In this document: piece after piece, positions 1 to 12,535 of the stretch
Layout of the letters: each line of letters opens with the position of its first letter
Position numbering within the stretch: the first letter of the stretch is position 1
Assembly (NCBI RefSeq): GCF_000485595.1
Contig: NW_014577079.1
Span: 104,366-168,365 of the forward strand
Source of the DNA: Priapulus caudatus
Lineage: Eukaryota
Length of the DNA stretch: 64,000 bases
Direction: 5' to 3'
Position numbers and translations under genes: made by a program
The notes under the pieces: generated by a model
Told to the model about the DNA's origin: nothing
The model's database searches: none
The model's input: only the letters and a program-made list of their open reading frames with translations

Positions 1-2
1 CG

Positions 3-46
<44 letters not shown>

Positions 47-1427
47 TGTGCTCTGAGGGGAATCTTTTCCATTTCTAATGGGTATCCTAAAGTTTTGAAG
101 ATGTCGGTTTGTTCGAAGCCCAAGCTATTTCCTCCTGTCTTACACCGCGGCATGTTTTGCACATGGCACTGTTTAAAGAATCTTCCGTAATTGTGAACAC
201 ATGGTAGAGCGTCTATATATACCATAGAGCCGTACATTGCAGCCACCCAAACGTGGCACGGAGACTCGTGCGCGTACCTACCTACATACATGTGCAGGAC
301 TCGATTCGAATATACACTGGTAGCGTAGCATATCTCCTATGCGTCCTCGGTCAGTCCTCCTACTATCTCTCCTCCCTGCTCAACAGCTATTGACAAGTCT
401 GAAGGCGACTCGTACTCATTCGATGCAAACCGAAATGACTACTGAAACGTTTCATTATGTCCGACTAGTGCGACGGCACCCATCGTTTAATGGCACGGAC
501 ATTGTGCAAAAGTTAATAAATTTTGAGTTTTACGCGTCGGTTCAGCGTGCGTTGCCTTTCTTCAGCAGCTAACAGTGATTCGTTCTTTTGAAATCGCTCC
601 CAAATGAATCGCAGGCCTTGCGTGCGAAATAGAATAGAGCGCTATCAATGTGCACACAACAGATTGCTATAGAAACCGAGCAGCGATGCGATTCAGGCTG
701 TCAATCAACTATCCAGAGTCTCGGGTCTTTCTCTTGATAGGAAGCTAGTTGTGTCTCGTAGAGGAATGTTATGTAATCGCTGGTAACTTCACAGCCGGTC
801 GCTGCCAGTGTCTCCTGGGAACACTTATCAGTTCGTAGCTGATGGCTCCGCCCCTCTCTTCCTGCCCACATCTGTGTCGCAGCCATACCCGCAGCGCTTC
901 CTGTAAATAAATATGACATGATGCGTCTTAATCTAGGATAATCTACAGCATCCTTCCGCAGCGTCCCCTCTACGTTTTCGCAGCATCCCACTGCATTGTG
1001 GGAGCGGCTAAGTCGTGCGGTGGCGATAGCCTTGCATCCATGTAGCATGTAGCTGAACCAGGAAATTATAACATTGATTTATACATTCTCATAAATTTTG
1101 TGTTTGATATTCTTTTGGCAGTATCAGAAAGAACTGTATTATTGTGTAATATGATTTCAGTGTTATGTTACTTTTTCCCCTTTTTTTGCGAGTCATGTAT
1201 ATAGTTTTATAGTATTATGTATTAGAGGAATCATACTTCTCTCACTTGTATAACTAGAAAATAAATCTTACCTAATTAGAATTAAATCTATCCAATTTTA
1301 AAGTGAAACGTCACATTTCGTGTAAATGTTCTGCAGCGTTCAAGATAAAAACCAGGAAATATGTTTGAGTTCGACATGCGCATACTTTCCATTGCAAACT
1401 TTAAGCACGATTACTTTTACCTTTCAG

Positions 1428-1512
1428 GTCACTTCCTTGGCAACCAGACTGTGATAGATATAATGCGAGCAACGGGGTACGATGTTGAGCACACGACAGC
1501 TGCCAAGAAGAT
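1428..1512 (+). CDS. TRABD2: Tiki/TRABD2-family metalloprotease, internal exon (end of TraB/Tiki domain)
   Basis: Acceptor ctttcag|, donor |gtaagt. Translates (G)HFLGNQTVIDIMRATGYDVEHTTAAKK, matching the Tiki motif GAGHFxGNxTVIDxLRxxGYxVEH. Upstream exons lie outside the window. Confidence 0.88.
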
Positions 1513-1911
1513 GTAAGTTTACTTTAGGCGCCGGCCTTTGAGTGCAAAATTCAAACATGTTTTCCCTCATTGGTTAGCTGGAATAATTAATCTTCTACGC
1601 AGCCGAAACCTCTCGTCGTATGCGGGGAAAACGAAACCTTGATAAATTGAGAGGTTCTGATTGATACACTGGTAATGTGTACTGCACGGGCGAAGGCCTC
1701 CGAAATCGGGCTGGCCTGACACGGGGAGAAATGAAACCCTGATAAATTGGCACCTTTTGATTGATACACTGGTAATGTGTGTTGCTGATGAGATAAAGTT
1801 CTGCTTAGCCCGCCTCCATGTGCAAACATCCGAGACACGAACAAACTCGGAGTAAGATGGCCGACCTATCGAGGAATTTATTTACAGCAGTCGTCCTTGT
1901 GTGTTGTACAG

Positions 1912-2103
1912 AAAGAGGGTAAAGGGAAGCAAGCGGCAGCGGTCACGGCAGCAGAGGCTGCAGGTAGCGGAACCAGAGAAGAACATAGAGCTGCCAGTCA
2001 CACGTGCTCTGTCTAAGGAGAGTCTCACAGGAGAGCAGCAACCATCCAGAGCAAAAGAGAGGAACTTCAATGACCTCTGGGTCAGGATCGACTCCACAAC
2101 ACG
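1912..2103 (+). CDS. TRABD2: Tiki/TRABD2 exon, basic stretch plus FNDLWVRI motif
   Basis: gtacag| ... |gtatgt, phase 2/2 consistent with the previous exon. Encodes KRVKGSKRQRSRQQR...RNFNDLWVRIDSTT; FNDLWVRI is the conserved Tiki C-terminal motif as I recall it. Confidence 0.85.
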
Positions 2104-2403
2104 GTATGTTGTCGCCTGCTTCTTATAATATGAGAATCTACATGCATGTATAGTCTGCGTATACGTATATACATGTGCATATACATGTACATCCTAGGTT
2201 GTTTAATTATTGTTTGTTTTTCAAGTACAATAAATCTCTACACTCATCCATCGCCTATGCGTTTGTGAAGTTTTCGATTATTAACTATTGCCGTAAAGTG
2301 TATATTCCGTTATTTTTTAATACTTAATTAAAGTTATGCTGCCAAATGCTACATGAATTCCAGTCTAATGTTTGGTTATTTTTAATAAATGTGTTTATTT
2401 CAG

Positions 2404-2454
2404 AGAACCAGAGAAGAAATTCAATGAATTGTGGGTGAGAATTAAAAGTACAAC
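2404..2454 (+). CDS. TRABD2: Tiki/TRABD2 51-nt mini-exon, second copy of the motif
   Basis: ttatttcag| ... |gtaagt, symmetric phase 2. Encodes EPEKKFNELWVRIKST. Confidence 0.75.
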
Positions 2455-2605
2455 GTAAGTATTACCTAAATAATGCATTAATACAAATAATTTACAATAT
2501 AGTTAATTAATTTTTGGCAATAGGTAAACAACATTTAAAGGGAAGAGTGTGTGAAGAACTAGGTGGGCAATCAGTAATAGTACCTTACCTATTTTTGCAT
2601 TGCAG

Positions 2606-2768
2606 CGCCACCTATCAGCAAACAAGTACCGATAGTGGAGATATGACGAAGCCTTTTGAATGGAACAGACACAGTAATCACGCGGCAGCTGCGTGTCAGC
2701 TGTCCACTATTAGTAGGCTGCTTGCCCTAGTGTGCTGTGCATTGTCTGTCGTCATGGGGAGCCGGTGA
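2606..2768 (+). CDS. TRABD2: Tiki/TRABD2 terminal exon with hydrophobic C-terminus (GPI signal or TM-like)
   Basis: ttgcag| acceptor in phase 2. Encodes ATYQQTS...HSNHAAAACQLSTISRLLALVCCALSVVMGSR then TGA. Confidence 0.8.
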
Positions 2769-5653
2769 GAAGCTGGATTATTAATGCTCCGGGAGTCTGC
2801 AAGGATACGATCATACTTAGTACTTGTATTCGTCACTCGTAGGAACAAAATTGGCAAAATACGTTGGAAAGCAGGTTTATTTTAATTTCTATAATAACAA
2901 TATCAGCAAACTCACGTCTGTGTGGCTAGGATTATATGCATTACCTCTGCATTCGGTTTAATATGAGATTTTATTTCAATTAAGCTAGGTCATTGTGTTC
3001 TGTAGTATCCAGAGACAAAGTACGGAAATTATTCTGGAAGTTTGAAGTTCTGGTAATATCACCAGTTAAAAACATTTTTACCAGCGGATACCTCAAATTC
3101 TAATTTCAGTAGGGTATAAGTAGCAGTTTTATCTTGTAATTGATCACTATGATCAGTTACATAATGGAGCAAGAATCTGGAGAGCAATTATAATACTATT
3201 CCAATGTCTAGAACTACGTGAAATTGCGAGATTTAAAACTATTTATTATGATTGGTCTATAGCAGGAGTAAGACCATGAGACGTATCTTAAATGCCCTGT
3301 TAACCAGCATTGTTTGAAGGCAAATGGAAAACTTTATGCATATCGTGCATAAGTTTCATGTGTGGCCTATATCTCTTATCAGTATTCATGTGAATATGTT
3401 AAAAGTTGTATTTAATGTTATGTAGTTAGATAGGAAATGTAGTAAATAGATATTTCACACGTAAACGCTATGGATAGTTTACTGAGCACCGGAAAGCTGA
3501 TATTAATATGAATAGCATATATCAAAATGCTTATGAGGTCGAATATAGTTAAGTATTTTAATTAGAACTCCATGCTGTATACTATACGTGTATGTATGTG
3601 TAGCGTTGTTGTTACACCAGTATGTATGTATGTATATATGTGTGCGCGTGCATGCACCACACTGTGCATGTGTGCATGCGTCTGTGAAGAAAGAAACAAG
3701 TATTTGAAGTACTACTATATCTTAAATTATAGCTCTAAAGTAAAAGTCGAGATTCGACAAAATAAGTACTTTTATATTTTTAAAATGGCGGCCTTGCCGT
3801 TTCTGTTAATACACTTCCAACGTTTTTACGTATGAGAAAGTCTTGAAATACGGATTTTCTGACGTAGTGTGACTCACGCATCCTTGTATTTATGTTTAGG
3901 CTACTACAAAACTGTGTAGCTGCATTTTCGCTAAGGTAGCAACTGTGGCAATACAGCCATATTCATCTCAGTGGGGATCTCCTTCAGTTGTTGCGAACTC
4001 ACTAGCATTTATAATGATCATATCAGGAGTAAGATGAAAATTCCTTGTCATCGTACTCCTGCTCATTTATTGAATTTCTGTTGTATTTACGTGTTCTTTC
4101 TTATTGCTGTTGACTTTGCCTAATGGTAAGTAAGACCAAAGACCTCACGTGGAACGTTGTATGTAATTGCAGCTCAGTTTTAAAAGCGTATTGCTAGCGT
4201 CAGTGTTATCTAAGGGAACCCTACACACTTGGAGTAATGTTCAAATTGGGTGTTGTCCGCGGCAGAGCGAGAGGTTTATTTTTGTAGTGGCTGCAGACCT
4301 TGCTTTATATTATGAAAATATTCATTTTTTCTTATTTTACCAATCGGCCCGAGAGATGGAGTATTTGATAATTATATTGTAACTAGATTGCATCACATTC
4401 TACCTCTAGTTGACGTGTACAGAGTTAGAGTTTTATTTCTCTTCATCATCTGTCTATAGCGTCTATATCTGCAGCTGCTATTGTCTCAGCGCATAAAGAA
4501 ATGCTCAAGCAGAGGGATTTTTCTCTTAGTTATATCATTCGGTCGGGCTCTCTAGGAGGTACGCCTGTCTGCATCGACTTATCAGTTCAATATTGCAGTT
4601 TTTAGTATTTATCTTGTGGAAATGATCACGTTTCAGTGTGTTCAGCAACTCCTCGGTTGATTATATGCCGCTCGACATAATGTAACATGCATTATTATAA
4701 GTAGTTTACGGTATCATGGTATTTATTACTAGAAAACCAGTTGTTGATTTGAAATACATATTTAGTGGTTTACTGAAGTATTCACTTTCGCAAATTCCTG
4801 CCATTTGCGTAGGTAAGTAAATGCCTATGAACATTTTAGCCAAGCTTTATTCCTCTCGTGCATGTATCATTTGGAGTGGAGAATGTACGTGTAATATCAT
4901 GTGTTTATCTAAGTGCATCACAACACGTCATTTCAACTCACGTCTATAGACTGTGGTGCCTAATGTTGTTCAGTGAAATGTTTAAACTGTTATAACACAA
5001 TTGTTAGACTTGCGTGCGTATGCACGGTGCACCACACAATTCGTTCTCATGTTGCCATTCTTTGCATTAGTTCTGTATGGATTTTCCCTTGCATTCAATT
5101 ACACAACTATTTCGACAGCATACTATTGTACTGTGCCCACATTAGATACTACATACGTCTAAAAAGTTGACGCGATTATCTATATTTCAGTTATTTCTTG
5201 TTGCGTTTGTTATCATCGCACTGTCGTGAGAGTATGACTCGTATAGCATCTCTCTATAATGTGCAGAACACTGATGAGTAAGGTATGGCGCTGTGTGCTG
5301 TGCTGTTAAATAAGTGTAAAGTTATGTATAAATAAAAACAAGGTTCTGTTTGGACTGAAACACCTGTACTCCGTCGTTATGCTTTCTATATATTGCTGAG
5401 CCTTCTTGCTCCTGTGTAAGTAATTCCTTTCAGCGAGCTGAGTTTCTTCCTGGTTCCTTACTGTGTAGTTGATGTAGGAGTTTTACTTGGCTTGTAATGC
5501 TTTCAGACTGTGTATTGTTATAGGCCATAACTAGTAGAGTGAGTGAATCTTCCTACTGCTCTACCATAGAGGACTGTCACGTTGCTTGTAGTCATTATAG
5601 CTCATAATACTATTATATAATTATAGTAGTATTATGTGTTGTATTAATATTAT

Positions 5654-5729
5654 CAGGAGTAAATAATCATATATCTATTAATAATAGATCTTTAATAGAA
5701 TAAAAATGAATCTACATTATTCACTCGTG
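5654..5729. mobile_element. Tiny palindromic MITE with 7-bp TSD
   Basis: CAGGAGT...ACTCGTG termini flanked on both sides by ATATTAT. Confidence 0.55.
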
Positions 5730-5789
5730 ATATTATGTTCCTATCTAGTTGAACCTAGAGTACCTACATAGTTGAACCCTTAGAGGCAG

Positions 5790-5930
5790 GTATACAACGC
5801 ATTCAAATTCTCCTTTTTACCCCGGATGATTCCAATCTGGAACAACCTACCCGTGGGTGTTGTGGAAGCAACGGACGTTGACATTTTTAAGTCAAGGCTT
5901 CACTCCCACATGCACGCGAACCCACTTTAA
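5790..5930 (+). mobile_element. 5'-truncated LINE (CR1/L2-group) ORF2 C-terminal remnant
   Basis: Translates FKFSFLPRMIPIWNNLPVGVVEATDVDIFKSRLHSH..*, the typical F..R.I..WN.LP..VV.A.....FK.RL tail of these reverse transcriptases. Confidence 0.75.
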
Positions 5931-8020
5931 GAGGACACCAGTTGCATTGCACTCACATCATTATGCACCTGTTTGTTTATTGGGTTTATCCGAACTGAAT
6001 ACGTGAAGCCGGCACTTACTACCTTGTCATTATATCCAGTGTAGTGTACACCGACAAGTACGAGAACATAAAATAACAAACATTCATATTTTTACTCCCG
6101 ATAGATGGCGGGGCGAGGTCATATTTTATTGCAAATGCATACAGATACATATACCGGCACATAGATACTTGGAGGTTTTGCGCGATGACGTTGTGTTAGT
6201 GATCATGTGTGACACATCATCATGAACGGTTATATAAGAACAAACTATCTACATACTTGGCAAAATTCTGGGAGGCTGTCTATTAACGCTTTTAGCTCTG
6301 TCCCCAGCATAGCAGTCACACTGAACCGCGAACATTGGTTATTCTGATGTCATTTAACGCGTTGACGCATGTCCATGCATCTACCAAGCCAAAATCGGAA
6401 AGTATTGATGTAGTTGCTATAGTCAGAGCACGTATATCATATACGTATATCATATACATATATATACATATATACGTATATATATACATATATACGTATA
6501 TCATATACATATATATACATATATACGTATATATGTAATATACGTGCTCTGCTGTTGTTCAGCAACAGCACAGCAAGCTACTGTCTTGGGTTCCGTTTCT
6601 CAAAATCAGGTCACCAGAGACTGTTTGGGGCTAGTCAAGGAGCTAGTTTGACGTCATGAGCTTGTTACCTAGCACGCGAGGCGTCCGCTCGCACGCGTCT
6701 GAGGAGCAATTAATATACCTCCTCTAAATGCAGCTAACTTGATCTAACTAATGAGCCTAAACACAGCGAACCTAATCATGAAAGAGGTAATGGCTTTTAC
6801 TGCTGTTGATGACACATTGCACCTGTTCTTTTTATAGATTTGATTACGCCTACATCACTGATTTGCACAATACTGTCCAAAAGGTGGTGCTGTTCGATCT
6901 TACGTAAAACTACTAAAAGCATGGCATCTTGATAAATTAAGAGTCCATAATAGAAAAGCAATTTTCTATTTTCTATTATGGACTCTTGATAATGATGGCT
7001 CGGAAAGCCCACGTGCCAATTCCTTCATTCTAAAATTTATTGTCCAGTTTGATTATTATATAGAGGTACAGGAATACGCAAACATAATTTGCCCTGTCTG
7101 ACACTCCCACCGGTCGACACTGTGTAATGTGGCAAAGCCTGTTGATCTCTTACGCCCCCAGATCGATGCTTGGCTGTCGTGCCCTTTGGAAGATTGAGGG
7201 CTACATCCAAGCTTGTTTAGTAATTATTACTATAGTGATAGGTGCACGTATATATATATATAGCTACACAGGAAGCACCCGGGATAAGATATCCTATTAG
7301 TCCCGACAGCGTAAATATATAGCGATTGATGTAGCAGGTGTGAGTTTTACCAAGGCTTACCATGTGAAGACTCGATCTGCACAGCACGTTCTGTTGCAGG
7401 CCTCATCAGCAATACTTATGCGGCGTCAGTACCTCGCAACCTCGCGCTGCTAATTAAATTAAGTGAAATTAAATTTCAAAAAAGTCACTGACTGTGGAGT
7501 CTGGAATTTCTATTGCTATCCTAGCTCAGTGATGAGCTGTCAATTCGATCAACGTTAGGCTCCATCTTTTCATCTTTAGGAATATTCATTAATTAAGGTG
7601 TTATTGTGGCTGCATGCCTGTAATGGCTTTTGTTAGTTCTTTTCCAACCGGGTTTTGTTGGTTCCATTGATGGTTTTAACCAATTCGCATTATAGTGCTT
7701 TCAACATTAAAATATTTTACACTGGCTATTTTAGTTGAGACGAATTTTTTAACCACGTTGAAATCTGGCCTACATTAGCGGGGTCCTGACCCACTATGCA
7801 CTTGACCATTTCTCTCCATAGCAAATTACAAGTCTCTTTCTCCCCGGATATAATTAATTCTGTTTACTCCTGATCCTATTTATATCTATTTAAAGATTGA
7901 TGGCGTGCGCATGTGACCAATATCAAGCTTCATATAATCGACTTTAATATAACCAAAATGTCACGCCCGCTATAATATGAGACATCTATCAAGAGACATC
8001 AATTTATAGTAATCATCCAA

Positions 8021-8129
8021 TGACGTCAACTGCCACCCTCAATGATGTCAGCATGTTGGAGGAAGAGTGGGGCTTCCCACAGGCTCAGACAGAGCGCTGC
8101 GATCGACCGCGGTATCGTGTGTGACGTCA
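8021..8129. promoter_or_regulatory. Two CRE palindromes (TGACGTCA), possible promoter
   Basis: TGACGTCA at 8021-8028 and 8122-8129, upstream of a strong donor CAG|GTAAGC at 8322/8323. Confidence 0.3.
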
Positions 8130-8676
8130 CGACGGTAAGCGCACAGCGCACAGCAACATGTATATTAGCCCATGTAGTTATTGATTTCCCTGGCATACCG
8201 TTGGCTTCTACTGTTGTTGGCTGCTAGTGTTGCGGATGCTGTGTGTGCTGCACATCTCTCACAGGCACTCCGTGTTTCAACCATGTTTCGAAAGAGATGT
8301 CACCATTTAGAGTCACTAGCAGGTAAGCGAAGACGTAGACTGAGTACTTGGCTGTGGACTAAAATTCACACTTCGTCCTGTAACTTGTTCAAGTTGTAAA
8401 TTAATTGTCGAAATTATAGGCTAGCATTAGGTACTCGCTTCTACTAAGCGCGTGAGGGCGCACATGTGGCAGGTCCCGGGTAAGCTATACGTGCGGGTGG
8501 CAGGTCAGGACCCCGGCTAACTTAAAGACGGGATTTCGAAATTATTGTTCAAAAACGCTTAATCGGGAACAAGTCGTAATCGGGGCATTTTCGGGGTTCG
8601 TTGTCCAAATACAACAGGGACAACTGTAATAGTATCACGAGAATAAAACAGTGCATTAGAGTAAGAGAGCATTAAT

Positions 8677-9010
8677 TGTATCCCCCGCGACGAAGTCGGC
8701 GGGGATACTATGGTTTCATGTCTCCCCAGCCGCCGCCGCCGCCGCAGACAATTTCCCTTCTGCTCTATAACTCGACCCCTAATTGACCTAGCGCTACCAA
8801 ACCTGGTATACTTACACATCTTGGGGAGAAGGGGAGCAGCATACCAAAACCAGGTCACTGCGACCTTTATTTTACTTTAACCTTGATCATATTTTCCCTC
8901 CGCTCTATAACTTGGCCTCTAATTGACCTAGCGCTACCAAAACCAGGTCACTACGACCTTTGTTTGACCTTTACCTTGACCTTGACCTTGACCTTGACCT
9001 GTTTTGAGGC
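8677..9010 (+). mobile_element. Helentron-associated (HINE/DINE-like) non-autonomous element, family A
   Basis: 5' hairpin TATCCCCCGCGACGAAGTCGGCGGGGATA, a (CCG)n microsatellite, then tandem cores ending in (CCTTGA)n. Second copy at 19239. Confidence 0.6.
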
Positions 9011-9039
9011 TAGCCTTACACATTCACATACCAAAATTT

Positions 9040-9922
9040 AACAAAATCGAATTAATTTAGATGGCCATTTTCATTTTTGCCAAAAAGTGGGCGTGGCTCG
9101 AAAGTAGGTCGACTGGCGTGCTCCAAAATAAGAAGTTCCAATCTCTCCCACAGGAGTAACAACTGTATTCAATTTGAAACATGTGGGTCAAATGGTTCTT
9201 GAGTTATCGTTGACCGTAGGCAGACACTGAAATGCATAGTGAAATTGCCAAAATCTATCTAATTTGCATAATAACAAAATTAAAATAAAAACCCGTGTGA
9301 TATGTTTGGGGACCAGTCCTTATTCATTCACATACTAGAAATGAGCAAAATCCATTGAACCTGAATTGACTTGTGGCCATTTTCATTTTTGCCAAAAAGT
9401 GGACGTGGCTCGAAAGTAGGTCGGCTGGCGTGCTCCAAAATAGGACGTTCAAACCTCTCCCATAGGAGTAACAACTGCATGAAATTTGAAACATGTGGGT
9501 CAAACGGTTCTTGAGTTAACGTTGACCGTAGGCAGACACTGAAATGCAGTGGAATTTCCAATATCTACCTAATTTGCATAATTAAAAAAAATCAGAACCT
9601 GTGTGATATGTTTTGGGGACCAATCCTTATTCATTCACATACTAGAAATGAGCAAAATCCATTTAACCTGAATTGACTTGTGGCCATTTTCATTTTTTCC
9701 CAAAAGTGGACGTTGCTCAAATGTAGGTCGACTGGCGTGCTCCAAAATAGGACGTTCAAACCTCTCCCATAGGAGTAACAACTATATGCAATTTGAAACA
9801 TGTGGGTCAAACAGTTCTTGAGTTATCGTTGACTGTAGCCAAATGTTGACGGACGCACGTACGACGGACGACACCCCATGGGATTAGCTCGTCTTGACGA
9901 TGTCAAAGCGAGCTAAAAAAAA
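9040..9922 (-). mobile_element. HINE-like element, family B, with about 3 tandem ~300-bp cores
   Basis: Terminal hairpin TTAGCTCG...CGAGCTAA next to a T-run, a CGTC-type microsatellite and ~300-bp repeated cores. A related copy lies in the opposite orientation at 45362. Confidence 0.6.
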
Positions 9923-10722
9923 ACGGCGAAAAACACGCACGCCACTCTAGAGCTCTCAGACTAGAATGTTCAATCACGAGAAGAAGATGACGTATCGTAC
10001 CATATACTTACGATGAGCTAATAATTAGCTGAAAGTATAGCTAAGAACCCGAACAAAAACAAAAGCCTGCTGTTCGTGCATGGCACGCCGTTCCTTTGTA
10101 GTTTACGGCTCCGTGTCGACCACGCGTCGAAAACTATGTGCGCAAACACGCCGAAGAAGCATAGAGCTACGCGAAGGGCGGGGAAAACACGCTTGTAAGT
10201 TGGCAGTTCGTTTTTAGGGTGCACCGGCGCGCGCGCGGCCGCTCTTGCTAACACGTGTGTGGCTCTCCCCCTGCGTTCCGCGTGCACGGGCGCGCAAGCT
10301 TGCCGGGAGAGAGAGAGAGAGCGCGCAGCGGCGTAAAAACTCAAGTTGGCTTCTCTCTCTCTCTTCTCGGCTTTTGTGGCGTTTTTCGTTGTTTTTTAAA
10401 GCGGCGCGCGGTGGTGGCGGCCGGGCTTGTTGCGAGCAGCAGCTGCGGCGCGTTAGTGCCGCTGACAGCGCTGTTTAATCTGCGGGATTTAGCACACGAC
10501 CGGAAGCTACGGGCCTCCTCCTTCATCCGTGTACGTACTTCTACGTCTGCGTACGTTCCCGTGCGTCTCTCGCGCTAAACATTAATCTCCACTAAAAGGT
10601 TTATACTTTCCCGTTTGTTTGGCCGAGGCGACATCTCGCGTGGTTTGAATTTTTCTCGGCGCGGGCGTGAAACTGAAACCAAAACCCGGTTTTATGCGGC
10701 GTGCGCGGCGAGTTCGTCTGAT

Positions 10723-10753
<31 letters not shown>

Positions 10754-12449
10754 CGCGCGCGGCTGCGTCGGTGCGGGTAATAGATTGTAATCTGCAGCTC
10801 TGGCGGCTTGCAAACAGCGGTTCTCGCCTTTGTGAATCCTCGCTGCTGCTTCATTAGCACCGCCCGACACCAGCAGACGGAAGAGTGAGGGAAAGAGAGG
10901 GAGATGGGGGGAGAGAGAGAGAGCGAGAGGCTGCCGTCTGGCGGCGGGCGGGGGATCATAAGGAGTAGAATAAGAATTTCATTGTGGCAATAAAAACGCC
11001 GGAGTGGCGCCCTCTTCTTTCGGTAAATCAAAACGTAGATGTAATCGGCTCCTTAATGGTGGGGAAATATGTTGGTGTGAAACATAATTAATGTTGAGTG
11101 CAACCTCTAACCGCAAGCTAGAAACTAATTCTAGAGGTCTGGGTCACTCTCCCACATGCTAGACTAATTCCAATAGTTGGGTGCCACTCTACCTCATGCG
11201 AGGTTCTTGTTGTAGAAAAAATGCTTGCAGTTGTCGTAGGGACAAATGCCCATATAATTTGCCCCGCCTTACGTAATGCTTTGAAATTGATGCCACGGTA
11301 AGACAGGGGTAGAAATTAACTTTTGAACAACTCCCTGCCCTCAAAAAGAGGGAGTCCGCAGTCTGAAGTTCAAAATTAAAGATATTAACAACGCATGTGC
11401 TTACTTTGAAGATTTCTTTGGACATTTTCTTTGGACATCAAGATTTTTTTTGGACATCTTCTGCCAAATTTTTTTTGGACATTTGATTTGCTGAAAAAAT
11501 ACGGTAATTCCATGAGGCCGTGCTCTGGAATGAACTAGTTAGTATGGCAGAATTTTCAGGGAGTCACACGGACTCCTGCATATGTCAAATCAGGGAGGCC
11601 GGCAGTAAATCAGGGAGTATTTGACTCCGGACTCCGTTAATTTCGCACTCTGGTAAGAGCATAGTAGACGCATAAGTCAGTTATGTCCTCCTTTCTCTTC
11701 TTCTTAATGTCCTAAATCATAACTAATCGGTAGTAAATAGTACATTGGCACGATTTTGGATAAAACTTCCCGTCTAGTCTATCGGAAGTGCCTCAGTTCA
11801 TTTCGATTAAACTCTGAATGATTAAGATTAGATCAAGAAAAACCAAATATAAAAACGTAAAAGTCAATATACATTTCAACCTGCACGGATTTTATATAGG
11901 AAAATGAAGCAAAGATGATGCTAGCCGGAAGAAGAAGCAGAGAGTAGGGTTCATGGTGTTTTTCACTCGCGCCCGTGCGTGTGCTCCCGCCTCCCAACCT
12001 CGTGTTTATTCATCTGCAGACCAGATACGTATCGTGCGCTATAGCGTTGCCCCGCCCCCCTCAGCGTCCCCGTCTTCTTTAGAGATAAAGAACTGTAATG
12101 TTGCGGGGAAATCTGGAACTGATTGCAGAGAAGTCTGTTATAACATTCTCGGCAGGTGAGATTAACTAAACAGACGCACGCACGCAGCCCGGCGGTGTGG
12201 GTGGCATCCCCACCCATCGTGTCGTATACAGTCACAGCGTACGACGGCGTGCTTGACTGAGCCCCCATATGCGTGACCGCAGTCTGTTGACTTTCAACGA
12301 CTTACATGGCGTCAGTGTAACACGGTGCTCCGATTTAAAGGCGGGTAGTAGAGCTCAAGGGGTCGTTGTCGTAACAGGTACTACAGATATGTACCCGAGG
12401 TACATATATGTATACACAAAGTGTACCAGACTTGTACTACAGAAGTGTA

Positions 12450-12535
12450 CCCTAACCCTAACACTAACCCTAACCCTAACCCTAACCTTAACCCTAACCC
12501 TAACCCTAACCTTAACCCTAACCCTAACCCTAACC
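12450..12535. repeat. Interstitial telomere-type (CCCTAA)n tract next to an N-gap
   Basis: About 14 TAACCC units, a few of them variant. Confidence 0.9.

Noticed and set aside
701..1048. Minus-strand 115-aa ORF
   Set aside because: No recognisable motif or convincing exon chain, and it lies within a Tiki intron.
11963..12268. Minus-strand ORF starting MGAQSS (myristoylation-like)
   Set aside because: No good donor or downstream exon identified, and it runs into simple repeat sequence.
12450..12535. True chromosome end
   Set aside because: Short tract with unique-looking sequence on both sides, so it is interstitial or a scaffolding join.
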